A model generated the notes under the pieces. The model was given only the letters and a program-made list of their open reading frames with translations. It was not told the DNA's origin and made no database searches. The translations under genes were made by a program, and so were the position numbers. From assembly GCA_021785355.1 (NCBI GenBank), contig JAJYFR010000004.1, positions 7,184 through 71,183 of the forward strand: a stretch of DNA of 64,000 bases, in the 5' to 3' direction. How positions within the stretch are numbered: the stretch's first letter is position 1; every line of letters begins with the position of its first letter. Source of the DNA: a bacterium (lineage in GTDB: Bacteria > Patescibacteriota > Dojkabacteria > JAKAPS01 > JAJZLI01). This document shows positions 59,337 to 64,000 of this stretch, piece after piece.

Positions 59337-59770
59337 TAATTTACGGTATAACTTACTGTTTTCTGATATATATTATTAATATATATCTTTATGCTATATG
59401 TTCCTTTAGGATAATCTAAGTTATGAGTTTTATCCCAATTAAAATATACATATCCTGTTGTAATGTTAGGTTTTATAGAATAACTATCTATATAATAATT
59501 ATTGTAATACCTAATATAAGATATTTGGGTGTTTTTAGTCAAATTATTTATTTTTAAAAATAAATAAATATTTCTATCAATTGAATGATTGAAAGCTTTT
59601 GTTATAGACAAAGGTTGTCCATTGCTTGATATATTTTTTGCAAAAAATGCTTTGGATACAGATAAAGAAGATGCTTTATTATTTGTAGGAGTATTTTTAT
59701 TTAAGAATAATATTAAAGCTATACCTAAAAGCACTATTATTACTGCAGTTGTAAGTCTTTTATTCTTCAT
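59336..59770 (-). CDS. Secreted/anchored hypothetical protein (144 aa)
   Basis: N-terminal signal/anchor (LTTAVIIVLLGIALILFL); 1-nt overlap with the NHL gene. Confidence 0.4.
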   Translation of the reverse strand: MKNKRLTTAVIIVLLGIALILFLNKNTPTNNKASSLSVSKAFFAKNISSNGQPLSITKAFNHSIDRNIYLFLKINNLTKNTQISYIRYYNNYYIDSYSIKPNITTGYVYFNWDKTHNLDYPKGTYSIKIYINNIYQKTVSYTVN

Positions 59771-59772
59771 AA

Positions 59773-60138
59773 TTAATTACCTTTACTACTTGAACTTTTC
59801 TTATCAGTGGAAGCAGTTTTATCCTTAGTAGTTTTTGAATTTTCAGTTTCTATCTCTTTTTCTACATTTATTTCAGGAACTTTTATTTCTGCTTTATCCT
59901 TTTTATCTTTTCCTGCCGATTGAATTTCTCCTTTAGTAACTTCATTTTCAAATTTAAGATCTTGTGAATTTGTCTTTAATTCTGTTATTCCTTTATTTAC
60001 CTCAGTTTTTAGTGTAGGTGTTTGTGCAAAAACATTTCTTATGCTAAAAAAATATAACAATAAAATTAAACTTACTAATAAAAGAAAAATATATTTTACA
60101 TTTATTTTATTTAACATATGAATATATAGTAAATACAA
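59773..60138 (-). CDS. Anchored Lys/Glu-rich low-complexity protein (121 aa)
   Basis: N-terminal TM/signal ending VFAQ, then a charged KE-rich tail. Confidence 0.4.
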   Translation of the reverse strand: MYLLYIHMLNKINVKYIFLLLVSLILLLYFFSIRNVFAQTPTLKTEVNKGITELKTNSQDLKFENEVTKGEIQSAGKDKKDKAEIKVPEINVEKEIETENSKTTKDKTASTDKKSSSSKGN

Positions 60139-60156
60139 AATGTATGAAAGTCAATA

Positions 60157-60882
60157 TTATTGAATCAATGAAGCTGTCACTATAAACCGTTGAGTCCCTA
60201 TTCCAGGAGGAATACATGTCATTAGTGTTAAATATCTATCTTTTGGAGGAGAATATAGAACTGATACATCTGTAGGTGATACAACTTTTGTTGCAAATAC
60301 TTTATATTTATATATTATACCTTTAAATTTGGTAATAATAATATCTCCAGTTTTTAATTGTAATATATTTGTAAATATTCCCAAGAAAGAATTAGGATAA
60401 AGGTCGGCAAACCATTGAGGTGCTGAATGTCCATATATGTATGTATTTCCAATTTCTCCAGGAAGTGCAGTACCTTTCATTTGAGCAACAGAATTAACAA
60501 GAACTTTTTCATATGCTTGTGTACTAAAACCATCAACACCTGCTTTTACAGGAATATTTTTTAAATTAATTGAAGGTATGGATAGGTAAAAGTATCCATT
60601 GTATGTATTATGAGAACTCATATCTGTAGCCTCTATTATTTTTGAAAAATATTGAGCAGAAGGGTCTGATTTTATAATTTTTGTTTTATATTCATGAAAT
60701 AAATTTTGATCAATATAATAATTGATCAGAGGCGATAGTGCTATTGATATAAATAATCCTCCCATTACAAAGAGGAATATTGATCCATAATTAAGTTTAA
60801 ACTTCTTTTTTTTTACAAATTTTTTCTTTTTATGTAATATAGGCTTACTATTTATTTTTTTTACATACATATACCTCTGCAT
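60157..60882 (-). CDS. Sortase-family transpeptidase
   Basis: N-terminal TM anchor; motif YLSIPSINLKNIPV (the sortase L-x-I-P-x-I pattern), catalytic His region YIYGHSAPQWF and catalytic Cys in TLMTCIPPG (TLxTC signature). Confidence 0.7.
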   Translation of the reverse strand: MQRYMYVKKINSKPILHKKKKFVKKKKFKLNYGSIFLFVMGGLFISIALSPLINYYIDQNLFHEYKTKIIKSDPSAQYFSKIIEATDMSSHNTYNGYFYLSIPSINLKNIPVKAGVDGFSTQAYEKVLVNSVAQMKGTALPGEIGNTYIYGHSAPQWFADLYPNSFLGIFTNILQLKTGDIIITKFKGIIYKYKVFATKVVSPTDVSVLYSPPKDRYLTLMTCIPPGIGTQRFIVTASLIQ

Positions 60883-60948
60883 AAATATATTATAGCACTT
60901 ATTATTAAGCTATCAGAATATTGACTTATATGCTAAAATCTAACTACT

Positions 60949-62019
60949 ATGAGTGATTATTATGAAATATTAGGTATCTCTAAAGATGCTGACGAGAAAG
61001 AGATAAAAAGAGCATATAGAAAGCTTGCTGGGGAATATCATCCAGATAAGAATAAAGCCTCAGATGCTGATAAAAAATTTAAAGAAATAAATGAAGCTTA
61101 TTCTGTACTTTCAGACCCAGTTAAAAGGCGTAACTACGATCAATTTGGTAATGCAGATTTTTCTTCCGGAGGTGGGCAAGGTTTTTCTGGTGCTGATTTC
61201 GGGGGAGCAAATTTTGGGGGATTTGAAGATATTTTTTCAGATTTTTTTGGTTCAAATTTTAATTTTTCAGGAAATTCTTCTGAGCAAAGAAGTAGAAGTA
61301 ATTCAGGTGAAGATATAGAGCTTATTTTAGAAGTTAATTTAAAAGATGTAATTTTTCCTACAGAAAAAGATATATCTTTTTATGCAATGAGTAAGTGTAG
61401 TTACTGTAATGGTACAGGATCCAAATCTGGAAAAGTAGATACTTGCAATACTTGTAAGGGTTTAGGAAAAGTGCAAAGAGTAACTCAAAGTTTTATTGGA
61501 AATATATCTATGGAAAGCATTTGTCCTACTTGTAAAGGTTCAGGGAAGGTAATAAAAGATAAGTGTAATCATTGTATTGGTTCAGGTAGGATAAAAGAGT
61601 TAAAGAAGATGAAAATAAAAATACCTCAAGGTGCTAGCAATGATACTGTTTTAAAATTTGCAGGATCTGGATCTGCGGGGTTAAATGGAGAAAAGAGTGG
61701 TGATTTATATTTAAACATAAAGATTTTAGAAGATAAGGAATATAAAAGAGAAGGGAATGATCTTCTAGGAACTCTTAATATAGATATCCCTACTGCAGTA
61801 TTAGGAGGAGTAGTAGATGTAAAAACTATTTATGATACTGTAAAATTAAAAATTCCTGCAGGGGTACAGGATGGAGAAAGATTTAAAATTAAAAATAAAG
61901 GGGTGCCTTCTTTACATGGTAGTAGAGTGGGTGATTATATAGTCAAGATAAAGGTTAATATTCCTAAAAAAATCAGCTATAAGGAGAGAGCTTTATATCA
62001 AGAATTAATGAAATTATAG
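60949..62019 (+). CDS. dnaJ: Molecular chaperone DnaJ
   Basis: J domain (DYYEILGISKDADEKEIKRAYRKLAGEYHPDKN), Gly/Phe-rich linker and four CxxCxGxG zinc-finger repeats (CSYCNGTG, CNTCKGLG, CPTCKGSG, CNHCIGSG). Confidence 0.95.
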   Translation: MSDYYEILGISKDADEKEIKRAYRKLAGEYHPDKNKASDADKKFKEINEAYSVLSDPVKRRNYDQFGNADFSSGGGQGFSGADFGGANFGGFEDIFSDFFGSNFNFSGNSSEQRSRSNSGEDIELILEVNLKDVIFPTEKDISFYAMSKCSYCNGTGSKSGKVDTCNTCKGLGKVQRVTQSFIGNISMESICPTCKGSGKVIKDKCNHCIGSGRIKELKKMKIKIPQGASNDTVLKFAGSGSAGLNGEKSGDLYLNIKILEDKEYKREGNDLLGTLNIDIPTAVLGGVVDVKTIYDTVKLKIPAGVQDGERFKIKNKGVPSLHGSRVGDYIVKIKVNIPKKISYKERALYQELMKL

Positions 62020-62541
62020 ATTTTTAAGCATTAAAAAATCTTCAAAAAGAATTTTTTTCATATTAGGATTATATAATCCTACTGCAGGATGATACATAGG
62101 TATTACTGTATATTGAGAAAGTTTAAATTTTTTTCCATGTATCTCAGATATTTTTTTATCTTTAAAAAAAAGACTCATAGATAATCTACCTAGAGTACAA
62201 ATTATTTTTGGTTTTATAATATCAAATTGTAATTTTAAAAAAGGGGAACATCTCTCTATTTCTATTTCATTAGGATCTCTATTTTCAGGTGGTCTACATT
62301 TTACAATATTTGTTATAAACACATCTTTTCTTGTAAGTTCTATACTTTCAAGCATTGAGTTTAGTAGAGAACCAGATCTTCCACAAAAAGGAATACCATC
62401 TCTATCCTCATTTGCTCCAGGGGCTTCTCCTATAAACATTATTTTAGCCTTAAGACTTCCTTCTCCTGGAACAGCATTATTTCTTGTTTTACATAAATTA
62501 CATTTTGTGCAATTTATAATTTCATTTCTTATACTATCCAT
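62014..62541 (-). CDS. udg: Uracil-DNA glycosylase, family 4 (Fe-S type)
   Basis: CTKCNLCKTRNNAVPGEGSLKAKIMFIGEAPGANEDRDGIPFCGRSGSLL (family-4 Cys cluster plus GEAPG motif) and C-terminal HPA motif (MYHPAVGLY). Confidence 0.9.
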   Translation of the reverse strand: MDSIRNEIINCTKCNLCKTRNNAVPGEGSLKAKIMFIGEAPGANEDRDGIPFCGRSGSLLNSMLESIELTRKDVFITNIVKCRPPENRDPNEIEIERCSPFLKLQFDIIKPKIICTLGRLSMSLFFKDKKISEIHGKKFKLSQYTVIPMYHPAVGLYNPNMKKILFEDFLMLKNL

Positions 62542-63569
62542 TAATATCCAATAGGTAAGAAATTTTTTAAATTCTCTGTGTTAATAGTTACTGTATCTAC
62601 ATGTTCTGTTAATATTTTCTTTGCAACTTTTCTTGCTATATTCATTAAGATTCTTTCTAATTCTCTTATTCCAGCTTCATAACCTAAAGGTCTTATAATA
62701 TCAGACCAAACATCATCATCTATTATGAGTTGTTTATTATTTAAACCAATATTTTTATAAACTTTTGGCATTATATAGTCTTTTGCTATTCTTAATTTTT
62801 CTTCATCTGTATATGAAGAAAATCTTATAATTTCTAATCTATCGAGTAAGGCTGATGATATTGTGCCCAAATTATTTGCAGTCAGAATAAACATTACTTT
62901 TGAAAGGTCAATTGGATAATCAATATAGTGATCTGAGAAAGAATTATTTTGTTCAGGGTCTAATATTTCTAAAAAAGTTGCCATAATAGATGATCTGACT
63001 GAACCATCGTCAGATATTTTATCAAATTCATCAAGAAGAATAACAGGATTATTACTGCCTGCTTTTATTAAAGCCTTAACAATATATCCTGGTTCTGCAT
63101 CAGGATTTACTTTTGATTGACCTCTAATTTCTAATACAGAAGAAAGTCCTCCCAAAGGAATTCTTACAAATTTTCTATTTAATGCTTCTGCAATAGATCT
63201 TGCAATTGTTGTTTTTCCTATACCTTGTAGACCAACAAAGCATAAAATTGGAGCTGGTTGTTCTTTGTTAAAATTCATAGAAGATAGGTATTCTAATATT
63301 CTTTCTTTAACATCTATTATTCCATAATGATTTTTATCTAAAATTTGTTTTGCATTTCCTATATCTAAATTATCAGAAGTACTTTTATTCCAAGGTACTT
63401 TTGTTATGGTATCTATATATTTAGATATAACTTCATAATCTGAGGAATAGCTTTGGAATTTAGAAGCTCTGTCTAATCTTGAAATTAAAGCCTCTATATT
63501 TTCTTTAAGGACAGGCGGTATATATATACTTTCAATTTTTTCTTTTAAATTTTTTATATCATCTATCAT
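62541..63569 (-). CDS. Stand-alone Lon-homologous AAA+ ATPase module (no LON N-terminal domain, no protease domain)
   Basis: Collinear with the Lon segment between the N domain and the peptidase domain: VPWNKSTSDNLDIGNAKQILDKNHYGIIDVKERILEYL (Lon helical region), Walker A ILCFVGLQGIGKTTIARSIAEAL, RKFVRIPLGGL, Walker B NPVILLDEFDKIS, sensor-1 FILTANN, Arg-finger LLDRLEIIRF, YTDEEKLRIAKDY and EAGIRELER. The ORF ends at ...NLKNFLPIGY, where Lon continues into the protease domain. 1-nt stop/start overlap with udg. Confidence 0.8.
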   Translation of the reverse strand: MIDDIKNLKEKIESIYIPPVLKENIEALISRLDRASKFQSYSSDYEVISKYIDTITKVPWNKSTSDNLDIGNAKQILDKNHYGIIDVKERILEYLSSMNFNKEQPAPILCFVGLQGIGKTTIARSIAEALNRKFVRIPLGGLSSVLEIRGQSKVNPDAEPGYIVKALIKAGSNNPVILLDEFDKISDDGSVRSSIMATFLEILDPEQNNSFSDHYIDYPIDLSKVMFILTANNLGTISSALLDRLEIIRFSSYTDEEKLRIAKDYIMPKVYKNIGLNNKQLIIDDDVWSDIIRPLGYEAGIRELERILMNIARKVAKKILTEHVDTVTINTENLKNFLPIGY

Positions 63570-64000
63570 TTCACTATTTGTCCTATATAATATCCTAGTA
63601 TAGCAGCTATCATTCCAATTATGAGAATCTCTAAAGCATTCTTTATTCTATCTTCTTTTCTATCTGCAGCTTTAAAGAAACCTATAAAAAATAATGATAT
63701 AGCAACTAGCAATATAGAAAATATTACGGCAATATTTGTTTTTAAAAATATGTAGGGTATTGTTGGTATAAGTGCTCCTATAAGGAAAGATATTCCCATA
63801 AATACTGCATCAGTTTTGGGTCTTATGGTTTTTTCAATATCTTCCCCTAATATTAAAGTTGAAGCAATACCTTTTTCTATATCAGGATATTTTGAAAGTA
63901 TTTGAACCATGTTATCCAAATCAGATTTCTCTACTCCTTGATCCTTTAAATTCTTTGATATAAGACTTCCGGCTTTTTCTTTAATATTTTCATCTTCAGT
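63566..64000 (-). CDS. VIT1/CCC1-family membrane protein, 3' portion (N-terminus beyond the window end)
   Basis: The frame stays open upstream of the TTG chosen by the ORF track (…TEDENIKEKAGSLISKNLKDQGVEKSDLDN-MVQIL…). The C-terminal TM region AVFMGISFLIGALIPTIPYIFL…LFFIGFFKAA…IGMIAAILGYYIGQ resembles the VIT-family C-terminus (…GGLIPLLPY…FGYVKG…). Confidence 0.5.
   Translation of the reverse strand, partial: TEDENIKEKAGSLISKNLKDQGVEKSDLDNMVQILSKYPDIEKGIASTLILGEDIEKTIRPKTDAVFMGISFLIGALIPTIPYIFLKTNIAVIFSILLVAISLFFIGFFKAADRKEDRIKNALEILIIGMIAAILGYYIGQIVK

Noticed and set aside
6640-61318. Short listed ORFs overlapping well-supported genes on the opposite strand (6640..6852, 7532..7744, 9117..9329, 15191..15547, 18389..18766, 22795..23007, 23435..23623, 27008..27199, 27970..28188, 29170..29364, 39385..39738, 42719..43096, 45506..45847, 49793..49990, 52377..52580, 55669..55869, 57055..57237, 59589..59828, 61091..61318)
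   Set aside because: Each lies wholly inside or antisense to a gene with clear conserved motifs (dnaA, dnaK, pilB, zwf, pgi, VirB4-like, dnaJ and others) and has a low-complexity or hydrophobic composition with no motif. They are treated as spurious.
62541-63569. Lon-like ORF as a pseudogene fragment
   Set aside because: All ATPase motifs are intact and in frame, and the start and stop are precisely overlapped with neighbouring genes (ATGA / TAATG). This pattern is typical of functional operonic genes and not of decay. It is kept as a CDS and flagged for verification.
63917-63919. TTG start assigned by the ORF track to the last minus-strand ORF
   Set aside because: The reading frame remains open upstream to the window end (…TEDENIKEKAGSLISKNLKDQGVEKSDLDN…). 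The gene is therefore treated as 5'-truncated by the window and not as a 117-aa protein.

Overview
Very AT-rich window (roughly 30% GC by eye). Long ORFs are intact and TGA acts as a stop (the ATGA overlaps at 22676 and 23101), so this is standard bacterial code 11, not a UGA-recoding lineage. Gene content and architecture look like a small-genome, host- or episymbiont-associated bacterium (CPR/Patescibacteria-like): compact, with overlapping genes. Identifiable housekeeping genes are trmD, trxA, dnaA-dnaN with an AT-rich intergenic candidate oriC, a DciA-like gene, hrcA-grpE-dnaK with dnaJ 42 kb away, a pentose-phosphate cluster (gnd-tal-rpiB-rpe plus convergent zwf-pgi), rpmH-rnpA-yidC, rsmA, galU, a family-4 UDG and NDH-2. 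The accessory content is a type IV pilus assembly cluster (pilC, four pilin/pseudopilin genes, a large pilin-like protein, a pilM-pilN fusion, pilO-like, with pilB, a GGDEF cyclase and a second pilin pair at 7.1-8.3 kb) and a large type IV secretion-like locus at 46.5-58.3 kb. That locus has two paralogous VirB4/TraC-family ATPases, each preceded by a homologous small ORF, a VirB6/TrbL-like polytopic membrane protein, a small VirB2-like 2-TM protein, a 996-aa protein and a repeat-bearing surface protein. A convergent sortase / NHL beta-propeller operon sits next to it. A second VirB6-like paralog and a giant >1260-aa membrane protein lie at the 5' end of the window. There is also a Lon-homologous AAA+ module lacking both the Lon N domain and the protease domain, translationally coupled between a VIT-family membrane protein gene and UDG. 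No rRNA, tRNA, CRISPR or transposase/integrase genes were found.
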